A DNA stretch of 64,000 nucleotides. It comes from an uncultured Spirochaetota bacterium. Lineage in GTDB: Bacteria > Spirochaetota > Spirochaetia > SZUA-6 > Fen-1364. The translations under genes and the position numbers were made by a program. Shown here one piece after another: positions 29,183-39,226 of this stretch (positions within the stretch are counted from its first letter, which is position 1; each line of letters starts with the position of its first letter). The notes under the pieces are model-generated. The model was not told the DNA's origin, ran no database searches, and worked only from the letters and a program-made list of their open reading frames with translations. The stretch is taken from the NCBI GenBank assembly GCA_963820525.1, contig CAWGAA010000003.1, positions 960,001-1,024,000 on the forward strand. Direction: 5' to 3'.

Positions 29183-30408
29183 CAGAAATCGGTCTTGAGG
29201 ATCTCCGCGGCCTTCCGCTGGATATCCACGGGCGTGAACGGCTTTGCCATGTAGCTCTTGATCCCGTAGCTCATGGCCTTCACCACGGTTCCCCTCTCCG
29301 AGAGCGCGGAAAGCACGATGACGGGGACTTTGGAATCCGCGCCCTTCATGTGGTCCAGGACGGCGAAGCCGTCCATGACGGGCATGCGCAGGTCCAGAAA
29401 AACGAGGTCGAACTTCCTCGCCTCCATCGCGTCCACGAACTGCCTGCCGTTCTCGAACTGAGCCAGCTCCCACCCCGTCTTGGAGAACGCCGCGGCGACA
29501 AGCTCCCGCGTCACCAGGTCGTCGTCGACCACAGCGACGGTCAGTCCCTTGTCCCCCTCGAAGTTGATCTGAAGAGATTCCGCCATGCCGCCCCGGCTGG
29601 AAAGCATGTCGTCGCGGACGATCGCATGCCCCTCCGGGATGAACTCGCTCACCTTGATTCCGAGGAGCTTGTCCATTGCCTGCGTGAGGTTGTCCACGAT
29701 TTCGATCCCCGCCAGCTTCTCATCCGCGGAAATGAAATCCTTGACGAGGTCCGAAAAGGTGAGGAGCTTGACGGCCTTGGGCGGAACGCCCGTCGCATGG
29801 AGGACGGTGCGGAAGAAGGAGGCGATCTTCTTCGTGTCCAGCTCCGCCGGGGCGATGCCCGTGACGACGACGAGGACCCCGGGAGACTGCATCTGGTAGA
29901 GCTGCATGATCTCCTCGATCCTGTAGCTCATGAGCTCGATCTTCTCCCTGTTGAATCCCTGGGCGGCCTCGATGAAGAGGACCCCTTCGTTCACGTGCAC
30001 ATCGATGGTGCACGGCGTGGTATCCAGCGAGATCTCCACGCCGAGGATCTCCGAGATCGACTTCATCAGCGCGTCGATTCGAAGCGGCTTGGCAAAGAAT
30101 CGGGTGACCTTGTACTGGCCGACGCTCCTGATCATCTCCCGATCCACCTTCGCCGTGAACAGGATCACGGGAATATCCGCCGCAGATTTGCTTTTCGCCT
30201 TCTCAGAAAGGAGCTCGACGCCGTTGATCCGGGGAAGGAGGTACTCCATGATCACCAGGTCGGGCAGGTCGTTCTTCAGCTTGACGAGCCCCTCGAAGCC
30301 GGACCGGGCCTCCAGAACCTCGAAGCCGTGCTCTTTCAGCTTGGACGTGAGATATTTCCGTACCAGATCGGAACCTTCCACGACGAGGATGGTCTTCTTC
30401 ACGGTCAC
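29182..30408 (-). CDS. Response regulator with two receiver domains and a central STAS/SpoIIAA-like domain
   Basis: The N-terminal REC is atypical ([13 protein letters not shown]). The C-terminal REC is canonical (VVDDD, FLDLRMP, KPF). Confidence 0.82.
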   Translation of the reverse strand: MTVKKTILVVEGSDLVRKYLTSKLKEHGFEVLEARSGFEGLVKLKNDLPDLVIMEYLLPRINGVELLSEKAKSKSAADIPVILFTAKVDREMIRSVGQYKVTRFFAKPLRIDALMKSISEILGVEISLDTTPCTIDVHVNEGVLFIEAAQGFNREKIELMSYRIEEIMQLYQMQSPGVLVVVTGIAPAELDTKKIASFFRTVLHATGVPPKAVKLLTFSDLVKDFISADEKLAGIEIVDNLTQAMDKLLGIKVSEFIPEGHAIVRDDMLSSRGGMAESLQINFEGDKGLTVAVVDDDLVTRELVAAAFSKTGWELAQFENGRQFVDAMEARKFDLVFLDLRMPVMDGFAVLDHMKGADSKVPVIVLSALSERGTVVKAMSYGIKSYMAKPFTPVDIQRKAAEILKTDF

Positions 30409-30451
30409 CGCTCCCTCACTTCACTCCTAAGACGCCGTCTTCACGCCGTCC

Positions 30452-32764
30452 CTATCCTTTGAGCCGGAACTGGGAGAGGAGCACGAGCTGTCCCTTGGCC
30501 ATCTCCAGGAGGGACTGCGCGGCTTTCGCCACGCCCATCGCCTGGGCCGACATCTCCCGCGTGGATGCGCTCACCTCTTCCGCGGCCCCCCCGCTCTTTG
30601 CATTGGCTTCGGTCAGGGAGCGGACCGTGGATTCGATCTTCCTGGAGAAACGGGACATCTCCTCAACGGCTTCGAAGATGACCTTCATCCGCCGCTCGTT
30701 CTCCACGGCCAGGGAGCTGATATCGGTGAGGCTGTGTTCCGACACCTCGGCGCTCTCGGCGTTTTCCCTCGCCTGCTTCAGCCCGCGGTCCGTCGCCTCC
30801 ACGGCGGAGGCCACCCGCAGCTGCACGCCCCCGATCAGCGCCTCGATGTCGCCGGCGAGCTTGTTGGACTGCTCGGCGAGCTGGCGGATCTCCCCCGCAA
30901 TGACGGCGAAGCCCTTGCCCTGCTCTCCGGCGCGCGCGGCCTGGATCGAGGCGTTGATGGCCAGCACGTTGGTCTGGTTCGCCAGCTCTCCAATGGCGGC
31001 CACGATGGCGCCGATCTTCTTGGTGTCCTCGTTCAGGGCCTTGATGGCTCCGTCCGCGATGGAAGAGGCTTCCTGCAGGGAACCGACGGTCCGCCGCATC
31101 TGCGTCACCGCGGAAAGGCCGTCCCGGGAAGCGGTCACCACCCTGCGGGCCATCTCGGCGCTCTCGCCGGCGGCCTTGTCCACCTTCTCGACGTTCTGGA
31201 GAAGGGTTTTCAGCTCCCCTCCGGTCCGGTCCACCTCGGATACCTCGAGCTTCAGCGTCTCGGTGATCCTGCCCATCGTCTCCCCAATGGCTGCGGTGGA
31301 CTGGCCGCTCTGCTCTGCGGAGGCCGCAAGGTCCTGGCTCAGCGAGATGACCCGATCGGCATGGCTCGACACGGAAGAGAACATCTCACGCAGGCTCACC
31401 GGCTCGCTGTTGAAGGTGGCAACCGCGACTCCCCCGCGGATGATATCGTTCACCTCCGAAACAAGCTTCCTGTCGAATATGGGAAGTGCGATGCAGTCGT
31501 AGCCTTCGGCCACCAACTGCTTGAGGATGGGTTGGTAGGTGGAGGCGGCGCGAGCGTCTTCTCCCGAATGGGGAGGCTCGATCCATGTGACGTGAGCGTT
31601 CAAGCCCTCCAGCTCGCGGCCCGCATCGAGGGCGCCCTGCTTGACGGGCCGCCAGAACCCCTCCCCGCTCATGCTCACTACGGCGATGCGCAGGAGGTGA
31701 TTCGCACGCTTCTGAACCGGCGCGGCCAGCCTGCTCCGATCTCCGACGCCCGCCCCGTCTTTCGGATCCCAGAAGCGTCTATAGTTCTGCCCCGTCACCG
31801 ACTCGAGCTTTGTCAGCAGGCGGGGGGCGGCCGGCCGCCATCCTTCCACGACGCTGTTGAAAAGCCGAACCACCGGATCGTGCCCCTGCGCATAGGGGTC
31901 CTGGGAAATGGTTGCGCCGATGACGCCGCGCGCCACGTATTCCATCGTCGCCTCGGTCAGGTCGTGGGCAATCACGATTGTCTTCCCTTCTCTGCCGGCA
32001 TCCACCACGGCCCTGGCGGCCGCGGATGGGGTATTGCCCTCGGTCACGTATATCGCCGAAAGGTCCCGGTACCGCTTGAGCAGATCCAACGCTGTGTCAT
32101 AGGTCCGCCGCGGCTCCTCGAAGGTCTCCACGGTCTCGACATCCTTGATGTCGGGATGCTTCTCGCTCAAGTAAGCGAGCACGCCCTTGCGCCTGAGCTC
32201 ATGGTTCACGGCCTGGAGGTTTCCGACAATGATGGCGACGCTGCCGCTTCCCTTGAGCAGCTCTCCCAGCGCTTCCCCGCAGGCGCGGCCCTCGGCATAG
32301 CTGTCCGAGCCGACGTAACAGAGCCTATTGCACGGCTCGTCGGTGATGCTGTTGAAGCCCATCGCGCTCTCGCGCACGGCGCTTTCAAGCTCGGCCACAA
32401 GCCCGGCTATCAAGGAAAGCTCCCCGCCTATCGCGCCTGCCTGCCCATTGGAGGAAAGGGAAATCCTCGCGGCAAGGTCTCCGGTTGCAAGCTTGGCAAG
32501 TCCGGCTGAAAGTCCCTCAATCTGCTCCATGGCCCGCTGCCCCAGCTTGAGGAGCTTTCTCGCAGGCCTTCCAAGCGTGAGATAGTATGCCAGCCACCCC
32601 GTAACCGCCAGAACGAATCCCGCCCACGAGCTGATCCGCTGAAGAATCCTCATTCCAGGCTCGGGAGCAGGAAAAACGAAAGATAAAACCGAAGCTATCG
32701 TCGTGATGCAAATAAGGAGGAAAATGTAGCGGAGCACTTTTTGTGACTTGCGTTGTCGAGTCAC
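30452..32764 (-). CDS. Methyl-accepting chemotaxis protein with an internal sugar-binding-protein-like domain
   Basis: Two N-terminal TMs, HAMP-like [10 protein letters not shown], an RbsB-like insert, and the [40 protein letters not shown] hairpin tip; AGGAGG SD and GTG start. Confidence 0.9.
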   Translation of the reverse strand: MTRQRKSQKVLRYIFLLICITTIASVLSFVFPAPEPGMRILQRISSWAGFVLAVTGWLAYYLTLGRPARKLLKLGQRAMEQIEGLSAGLAKLATGDLAARISLSSNGQAGAIGGELSLIAGLVAELESAVRESAMGFNSITDEPCNRLCYVGSDSYAEGRACGEALGELLKGSGSVAIIVGNLQAVNHELRRKGVLAYLSEKHPDIKDVETVETFEEPRRTYDTALDLLKRYRDLSAIYVTEGNTPSAAARAVVDAGREGKTIVIAHDLTEATMEYVARGVIGATISQDPYAQGHDPVVRLFNSVVEGWRPAAPRLLTKLESVTGQNYRRFWDPKDGAGVGDRSRLAAPVQKRANHLLRIAVVSMSGEGFWRPVKQGALDAGRELEGLNAHVTWIEPPHSGEDARAASTYQPILKQLVAEGYDCIALPIFDRKLVSEVNDIIRGGVAVATFNSEPVSLREMFSSVSSHADRVISLSQDLAASAEQSGQSTAAIGETMGRITETLKLEVSEVDRTGGELKTLLQNVEKVDKAAGESAEMARRVVTASRDGLSAVTQMRRTVGSLQEASSIADGAIKALNEDTKKIGAIVAAIGELANQTNVLAINASIQAARAGEQGKGFAVIAGEIRQLAEQSNKLAGDIEALIGGVQLRVASAVEATDRGLKQARENAESAEVSEHSLTDISSLAVENERRMKVIFEAVEEMSRFSRKIESTVRSLTEANAKSGGAAEEVSASTREMSAQAMGVAKAAQSLLEMAKGQLVLLSQFRLKG

Positions 32765-32969
32765 ATATGCCTCCTGAACAAACGGCTCCTGTCAGCCATC
32801 TGCTAGTATAGCATATCATTAACTTTTGTGCGCGCAAGAAATCGCACCGTGCAACGCCGAACGGCCGCAAAGTTGGAACAGCGCGCTCGAATGTCGCCTC
32901 GAATTGTCACGCTGTATCTCACGGGCGCGGCCTCATGTGCCGGCTCTTCATCGATGGGAGGGGGCGGAC

Positions 32970-33000
32970 AAAAGAAACCCGCGGCCGAGGGGTCGCGGGT
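32970..33000 (-). terminator. Rho-independent terminator downstream of the repeat lipoprotein
   Basis: Minus strand reads ACCCGCGACC-cctc-GGCCGCGGGT followed by TTCTTTT. Confidence 0.65.
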
Positions 33001-33022
33001 GAAGGTCATGTTAGCGGGAGGC

Positions 33023-36000
33023 TCAGGGCCCCGTAGTGAACGTGTAGTAGTCGGCGCTTGCCGCAGTGGGGTAGTTTGGCAGGTCGCTAATCGGTGTAGT
33101 TCCGGAATATCCCACTACATACCAGTCGTATCTCGTGTTGGCAGCAAGGGCCGATGGCACGGTGTAAGAGTTGGTTGCGACAGTAGTGTATGCCCATGAC
33201 CCTTTGGGAACGCGCGTATAGAGACGATAGGTTGTAGCCCCCTTTATGACAGGCCATTGCACTTTTGGCGTCCTTGTCACTCCCGTAGCGCCCCATAGTG
33301 GGAAGATATCCTTCGGTGTAATGTATACTACGAAGTAGCCCATTGCCGACCAGTTGCCTGAGGCTTCCGTCTCCTGGACGTACAAGGTATGGGGACCGAT
33401 CAAAAGGTTGGAGGTTGGCGTGAACGTCAGGGCGGTAGTCTGCACATAGCTTCCGCTATCCAGTTTGTATTGGAAGTTGCCATTGCCGTTGACATGAGTC
33501 CAGTTCCATGTGGGTGTAAAATCTGCCGTGTATGGTGATGGGCCCGTAACCGTCGGTGGCGTCGGCGCAGTCAGGTCGTTGATGAAGGAGACTGTATCGG
33601 TCTTCCCATTACCGGCTTTATCCATCACCGTCAACTTCAATGTATAGGTCCCGTCCAGATCCGCGCGCACCGTGGGATTCAAGATGGTCGCGCTGGTGCT
33701 GTAGGTGACGACGCCGCCCGTCGGGCCGCTCGAAAGGACCCATGTATATGAGGCGATCCCGCTTCCCGCATCGGAGGCTGTTGAGTTCGTGGTCGCGGAT
33801 GGAGCGGCGATGTTCAGGTATGCCGGCAGCGTTCCAGCGTCAGCCGTCGGGGCAACGGTGTCTCTTACAACAACCACATAGTCGTCATTGGAGTTGCCGG
33901 CTACATCGGTAGCAATCAGGTGTATCTCATACGAGCCATCAGCCGAAGCAGACACCGTCGGGTTCAGGACCAGGTTACTCGGAGTGTATGTGATAGTACC
34001 CGTACCTTTTCCCTTCCAGTAGTAGCTGCTGATGCCGCTGGTAGCGTCGGTGGCGGATCCGGATAATGCCAATGTCGTATACTTGATACTGATGTATCCC
34101 CCAGCCCCCGCCTCCACATTGGGCCGCGTGACATCCCTGTTGAAGCTCACCGTATCAGAAGCGGGATTGCCCGCGACGTCGGTCACGGTCAACGTGAGCA
34201 CATAAGCCCCATCCGCGCTCGCGCTGACGGTTGGGGCGAGGATCCCGCTACTCGTGGAGAAGGTGACGGTTCCAGGCCCGGAGGTTTTTACCCAAGCATA
34301 GGTCGCGATGCCGCTGGTCGCATCGGAGGCCGTGGCGTTGGCGGCCCGCGACGGCGATGCAATATTGAGCCACCCCGTCATGGTTCCCGCGTCCACCGTA
34401 GGCGCTATGGTATCTCGGCCCACAGCCACAGTGTCTGATGCCGAGTTGCCTGCATTATCCGTTGCCGTCAGGGTGAGCACATAGGATCCGTCCGCGCTCG
34501 CGCTCACCGACGGGTCCTCAATAGCGGCGTTGCTGAAGGTTATTGTGCCCGGTCCCGAAGTCATGGCCCAGGCATAGCTTCCCACGCCGCTTGTCGCGTC
34601 GGTTACGGTTGCGGCAAGGCTGCGGGATGGCGTTCCAGACGTCAGCCATCCCGGATTTGCGCCCGCGTCAACCGCCGGCGGAGTTGTATCCCGCTTTATG
34701 CCCACGGTATCGGTTGCCGCGTTGCCAGCGTTATCCGTGACGGTCAGAGTCAGGGTGTAGCTTCCATCGGCGTCCGCGCTGACCGTCGGGCTGAGGATGG
34801 AAGCGCTCGGAGTGAAGGTGACAGTGCCCGCCCCCGATGTCTTTGCCCAGGAGTAGCTTGCGATTCCGCTCCCGCCTGCCCCGTCCGAAGCAGTTGCGCT
34901 CAGCGCGCGTGAAGGTGTTCCCGTTGAGAGATACCCAGGGTCGGCACCCGCATCGATTACCGGCAGCGTAGCGTCCCGAGAGAAGGTTACCGTATCCGAA
35001 GATGTGTTGCCAGCTTTATCTGTTACGGTCAGGGCAACGGTGTAGGCTCCATCCGCATCGGCGCTGATCGTTGGGTTGAGGACAGATGCGCTCAAGAAGG
35101 TGACAGTGCCGGGACCCGAAGTCTTGGCCCAGGAGTATGTATCGATTCCACTTGTAGCGTCTGAGGCGGTGGCGCCGGGGGACTTTGAGGGCGTGCCCGC
35201 GGTGAGGTACCCCGATATTGTCCCCGCATCAACTACGGGCGCGATTGTATCCCGCGTTATGTTCACGGTATCGGTTGCCGTGTTGCCCGCGTTATCCGTG
35301 ACGGTCAGAGTCAGGGTGTAGACCCCATCGGCGTCCGCGCTAACGGTCGGGCTGAGGACAGATGTGCTTGAGAAGTTGACAGTGCCTGTGCCCGCAGTCT
35401 TTGCCCAGGAGTAGCTTGCGATTCCGCTCCCGCTCGTCCCGTCCGAAGCGGTTGCGCTCAGTGTAAGTGAAGTTGTCCCTGTTGTGAGGTATCCGCCGGC
35501 AGAGCCCGCATCCACTATTGGTGCCGTCACATCCCTGGTGAAGCCTACAGTGTCGATGGCAGAAAGGCCTGCGTTGTCCGTCACGGTCAGGGTGAGAGTG
35601 TAGGGGCCGTCCGCGTCAGCACTTACCGTTGGATCCAGGACCGCAGCGCTCGAGGAGAAGGTAACGTTGCCTGTCCCGGATGTCTTTGCCCAGGAGTATG
35701 TGGCGATTCCGCTTGTGGCATCTGAAGCGGTTGCGCCAGGTGCCTTGGAGGGCGCGCTCGCGCTGAGGTACCCCCCCGAAATGGTGCCCGCATCCACCGT
35801 CGGGGGCACTGTGTCACGAATGATCGTGTCGTTAACAACTGAAGAGACGCTATGGGTGCTATCAGGAAAATCGTGCCGGAATTGGGCGTAGACGGTTTTC
35901 GCACCTTCTCCTGTCGCCAAAGTGAAAGTATAGGGAGAAGTTGCCATAACCCAGGGCGCGGTATCGTTGTCGATTTCCGTCATGTCAGTGCAGAACCGCA

Positions 36001-36550
36001 TCCTGTCAACCAGAGAGTTATACGTCAGCTTAAGCGTCACATCGTTGTTGTTTGTCACATAAGCAGCACCGTTATTGATTGTCACGGTCCCCACGGGGAT
36101 CGCTCCCGTCGTGAAGGACCAGACGCGCTCATCCTGAAGCTCTCCGCCCTTGGACGCCTTCACTCCCTTGGTGACCCGCACGGTATAGGCCTGTGTCATT
36201 TTCAGGAAGTTTGAATGTGTGACCGTGAGCGTGTAGTTGTCCGCATTATAGGGGAAACTCCACACGAGGGCGGCTCCATTGTCATCCACGTTCGGGGTGA
36301 TGACTACAGTCTGTGCCGTTGCTGTCGCGGGATCGATGGCGCGGTCGAACTGGATCGTGATGTCCGCGTCCGGCGGCACGTTCGTCTTGTTGTCCGTGGG
36401 CGCGAAGTCACTCACCTTCAGGAACATGTTGTTTGCAACCTTCACGTCCGTGACCAGCTTGTCCACGACGTTGACCGGGTTATCGCAGCTTGAAAGGAAG
36501 AGCGCCGCAAACAGCAGCGTATAAACAATCGACTTCATAATCGTTTTCAT
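33023..36550 (-). CDS. Large surface lipoprotein/adhesin with an Ig-like (Big_5-like) domain and eight PKD/Ig-like tandem repeats
   Basis: FLSSC lipobox; ITIQFDRAID...WSFTT Ig-like domain; eight ~95-aa units (RDxxxPxVDAG...YSW...DGxYTLTLTVTDxAGN); Thr/Ser/Ala-rich. Confidence 0.85.
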   Translation of the reverse strand: MKTIMKSIVYTLLFAALFLSSCDNPVNVVDKLVTDVKVANNMFLKVSDFAPTDNKTNVPPDADITIQFDRAIDPATATAQTVVITPNVDDNGAALVWSFPYNADNYTLTVTHSNFLKMTQAYTVRVTKGVKASKGGELQDERVWSFTTGAIPVGTVTINNGAAYVTNNNDVTLKLTYNSLVDRMRFCTDMTEIDNDTAPWVMATSPYTFTLATGEGAKTVYAQFRHDFPDSTHSVSSVVNDTIIRDTVPPTVDAGTISGGYLSASAPSKAPGATASDATSGIATYSWAKTSGTGNVTFSSSAAVLDPTVSADADGPYTLTLTVTDNAGLSAIDTVGFTRDVTAPIVDAGSAGGYLTTGTTSLTLSATASDGTSGSGIASYSWAKTAGTGTVNFSSTSVLSPTVSADADGVYTLTLTVTDNAGNTATDTVNITRDTIAPVVDAGTISGYLTAGTPSKSPGATASDATSGIDTYSWAKTSGPGTVTFLSASVLNPTISADADGAYTVALTVTDKAGNTSSDTVTFSRDATLPVIDAGADPGYLSTGTPSRALSATASDGAGGSGIASYSWAKTSGAGTVTFTPSASILSPTVSADADGSYTLTLTVTDNAGNAATDTVGIKRDTTPPAVDAGANPGWLTSGTPSRSLAATVTDATSGVGSYAWAMTSGPGTITFSNAAIEDPSVSASADGSYVLTLTATDNAGNSASDTVAVGRDTIAPTVDAGTMTGWLNIASPSRAANATASDATSGIATYAWVKTSGPGTVTFSTSSGILAPTVSASADGAYVLTLTVTDVAGNPASDTVSFNRDVTRPNVEAGAGGYISIKYTTLALSGSATDATSGISSYYWKGKGTGTITYTPSNLVLNPTVSASADGSYEIHLIATDVAGNSNDDYVVVVRDTVAPTADAGTLPAYLNIAAPSATTNSTASDAGSGIASYTWVLSSGPTGGVVTYSTSATILNPTVRADLDGTYTLKLTVMDKAGNGKTDTVSFINDLTAPTPPTVTGPSPYTADFTPTWNWTHVNGNGNFQYKLDSGSYVQTTALTFTPTSNLLIGPHTLYVQETEASGNWSAMGYFVVYITPKDIFPLWGATGVTRTPKVQWPVIKGATTYRLYTRVPKGSWAYTTVATNSYTVPSALAANTRYDWYVVGYSGTTPISDLPNYPTAASADYYTFTTGP

Positions 36551-38628
36551 TCTTCATTCCCCCATAATGTCACTTCGCGCTCGGCGGAGGCCGCCCTGCC
36601 CGAGGAGGCGCCTTCGGAGCTCATGTACTCGTACTTCTTCGCGCTTTCCGGGTCCACCTTCTTCAGCGCCTGGTATGTTACGTTCACTGTTTCCTTCTCT
36701 CCCATCTCGTACGCGGAGAGGAGAAGCCCAAGGAGCGCCGGCACGCTGTCCGGAGTCTTCTGCAAGGCCTGACGGAAGTAGCCCAGCGCTTCGGTGTACT
36801 TGCTGGTGAGGTAGGAGATATTCCCGAGGTTCACGAGGATGGATGACGGCACGTCGCTTGTCTTCTTCGTAGCGGCGATGAACTGGTCCTGGGCCTCCTT
36901 CAGCATCCCGAACCGCGCATACAGAACGCCCAACTTGGTCATCAGCTTTATGTTCTCAGGATCGGCCGCCAGCTGCTTCTGCAGGTCTGTAGCGCGCGGT
37001 TTCATATCGGCGGCGACGAATGCGTTAAGCTCCGCGCTGAATGAGGAGAATACCCGCTCCGAGTCCGGTGGAGCGGCGGGGCTCTTCACGACTTTTTCGC
37101 CGACCGGCTCATAGGTCTTCCATGCTTCATGAATGGGGTAGAATAAAGCGCTTCCATTGGCGTTCGCGGTCCGCCACTCCTGCGCCCCTTCCTTCCAGGC
37201 CCTGAGGAAACCATCCTTGACGCGGGTGATCTCCACAGGCACCCAAACCCCATTTTCCTGGATGATGAGATCATCCGGCTTTGAAAACGTTGCGTTGGCT
37301 TCCGAGCCCTTCATCTCCAGGGCGAAGGCCATATAGATATGTCCGGGGATGGTGATGAACGCGGTGGGAATGCCGACGGATTCCAGGAGCGCCGAATACA
37401 GGATGGAGAGGTCGTCGCAGTCCCCCCCCTTGTATGTGAAGGTCTGGGCGGGGAACTGAAGGTAGTCAATCGCCGACTTGTTCTCGGACTGGTTCGCGTA
37501 GGAGGAGTTGGGGTCCGGCGCATAGCCGATCCCGTGCACGCCCATGGCCTGGAATAACGCCATTGCCACACGGAAGTTGGAGTTCGCCGCGGCTGGGTTG
37601 GCTCGCGATTTCGCGTCCGCGGCGGTCTTTTTGGCGAACACCAGAAGATCGGGGTCCTTTGCCGTGACGAAGGCTGCCGCGCTGTTCGTGTTGTCCCATG
37701 TCATAGCGTTTCGGTTGTATACCGTCACGCTGATCGGGATGGGCTGGATAAAATCGTTTCCGAGGTAGCGATAGGAGACCGTGAGCTCTCCGGCTACCTT
37801 TTTCCCTTCGGTAACATCGAAGATGAAGTGATTGAACAGGGCGGTGATGGACGCCTTGATCTCTTCTCCACGCCTCACCTGTCCCACCTGCGTTATCTTG
37901 GCCTGATCCATGAACTCTTTCACGGAGAAGCTGACCGTGAGGTTTTCGATCGGCCCCTGGCCCTCGTTCTTGATGAGGACCGTCCCTACGGGGTTTTTAT
38001 CGTAGAAGGAATAGAACAAGGGAAACACGGGAAGTATCTCAGGGGTGACACGAATCTCGCCCCTGCTGCTCGCGCCCATGTGCCAGCGGGCTCCGAGGCT
38101 CACCCCGATGCCCTGATATGCGATTCCCTGGGGGTAGAAATTGGCCCGGTATTGTATGCCCGCGCCGAGGCTAAGGGCGGGATTGAGGAGGTAGTCGAAG
38201 TCCACAAGCCCCACGGCAAAGGGGTTTCGCACCGTGGCCCCGGTCACCATTCCCATGTAAAGCCCTCCATAGCCGGCCACACGAATGCCGAAGCGCTGGA
38301 TGGGGAAGAACTGAAAACCCAGCTCCGGTCCGAGGGAAAGCGAGATCAGAGACGAGCTGTAGCCGTTCGTCGGGATCCAGTCAGCGTCGAATACGAGACC
38401 CGTGTAGATCATCTGGAAAAAGGGGAGGGTGTATTCGGCCTTGACGGAAACCCCCCCGCCAACGGGGGCGTACAGGGGAACCTGGGAATTGACCCATGGT
38501 CCGAGTGGAATGTTGACAACGGGCTGTCCGACAAGCGAGAAATCGCTCGTCACCTGAGCCGAAAGCAGCCCCGCGGTGCAGAGAAAAACAGCTAAAAGGA
38601 CTAAAGAGAGTATTTGTCGTTTCGACAT
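36547..38628 (-). CDS. Exported protein: beta-barrel-like N-domain, Ig-like domain, transglutaminase-like Cys-His-acid domain, TPR C-terminus
   Basis: Signal peptide; amphipathic beta-strands ending GVSLGARW; GDCDDLS, PGHIY and WVPVEIT; TPR motifs (KLGVLYARFG, NLGNISY...EALGYFRQAL). Confidence 0.75.
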   Translation of the reverse strand: MSKRQILSLVLLAVFLCTAGLLSAQVTSDFSLVGQPVVNIPLGPWVNSQVPLYAPVGGGVSVKAEYTLPFFQMIYTGLVFDADWIPTNGYSSSLISLSLGPELGFQFFPIQRFGIRVAGYGGLYMGMVTGATVRNPFAVGLVDFDYLLNPALSLGAGIQYRANFYPQGIAYQGIGVSLGARWHMGASSRGEIRVTPEILPVFPLFYSFYDKNPVGTVLIKNEGQGPIENLTVSFSVKEFMDQAKITQVGQVRRGEEIKASITALFNHFIFDVTEGKKVAGELTVSYRYLGNDFIQPIPISVTVYNRNAMTWDNTNSAAAFVTAKDPDLLVFAKKTAADAKSRANPAAANSNFRVAMALFQAMGVHGIGYAPDPNSSYANQSENKSAIDYLQFPAQTFTYKGGDCDDLSILYSALLESVGIPTAFITIPGHIYMAFALEMKGSEANATFSKPDDLIIQENGVWVPVEITRVKDGFLRAWKEGAQEWRTANANGSALFYPIHEAWKTYEPVGEKVVKSPAAPPDSERVFSSFSAELNAFVAADMKPRATDLQKQLAADPENIKLMTKLGVLYARFGMLKEAQDQFIAATKKTSDVPSSILVNLGNISYLTSKYTEALGYFRQALQKTPDSVPALLGLLLSAYEMGEKETVNVTYQALKKVDPESAKKYEYMSSEGASSGRAASAEREVTLWGNEE

Positions 38629-39226
38629 AAGACTTTCTCCTCTTACTGATTTCATGGAGGTTTTATTAGCTCATGCTGCTTCTAATCACATTCTATCACG
38701 CGCACCTCGGTGTTTTCAATATTATTGAAGATTCCGAAGCTGAAACGAATTCTTTACTATAATAGTCAGCAATAGGATGGTGCTGGGTCAGCGACTCCAC
38801 TTCACCGTGGCGTAGCGGGCGGCAGACGATGAGAATGATCAGAAGCGCGTATAAGCCAACCAAAAAACTTCCCAGCTTTGCCCCCTCCTACCCGGATGGC
38901 TATGACGAAGCCCATAATCGGCAGAAACCCTTGAACAAAGGGAAGCAGAATGCTGAAATACAGCCACTTGGGCGTCAGGCGGGAAATGGCAAGCGCAATG
39001 AAGAACCCCAAGGCCGCGTAAATGAAGAACGCCCGCGGCGGAGTGCTAGCGCGCTATCACGCAGCCCCGGTTTACCCCTTCTTTCTTCTGCGATATTCTC
39101 ATGACCGCGCCTCGGGGTACGGCGCGGTGCGTCACGGATGGTCGCGGCCCGGCACTCGTCGCGGCACCCCGAGGCTCCGCATCCCCGGACTCTTCAGGAC
39201 GGATGACAAGCGGAGGGAGGCGAGCA

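Noticed and set aside
29183..29473. Upstream extensions of track ORFs (26780-29473, 49185-50735, 50811-52364, 17807-18985, 59126-60316)
   Set aside because: They overlap genuine neighbouring genes; internal starts with SD sequences or stop-start overlaps fit better.
33600..35820. Periodic DNA repeats as a possible CRISPR array or mobile element
   Set aside because: They are in-frame protein domain repeats of about 280 bp with synonymous divergence.
38802..39102. Hydrophobic minus-strand frame (AFFIYAALGFFIALAISRL...)
   Set aside because: Possibly a decayed membrane-protein gene, but no clean start and no recognisable family.
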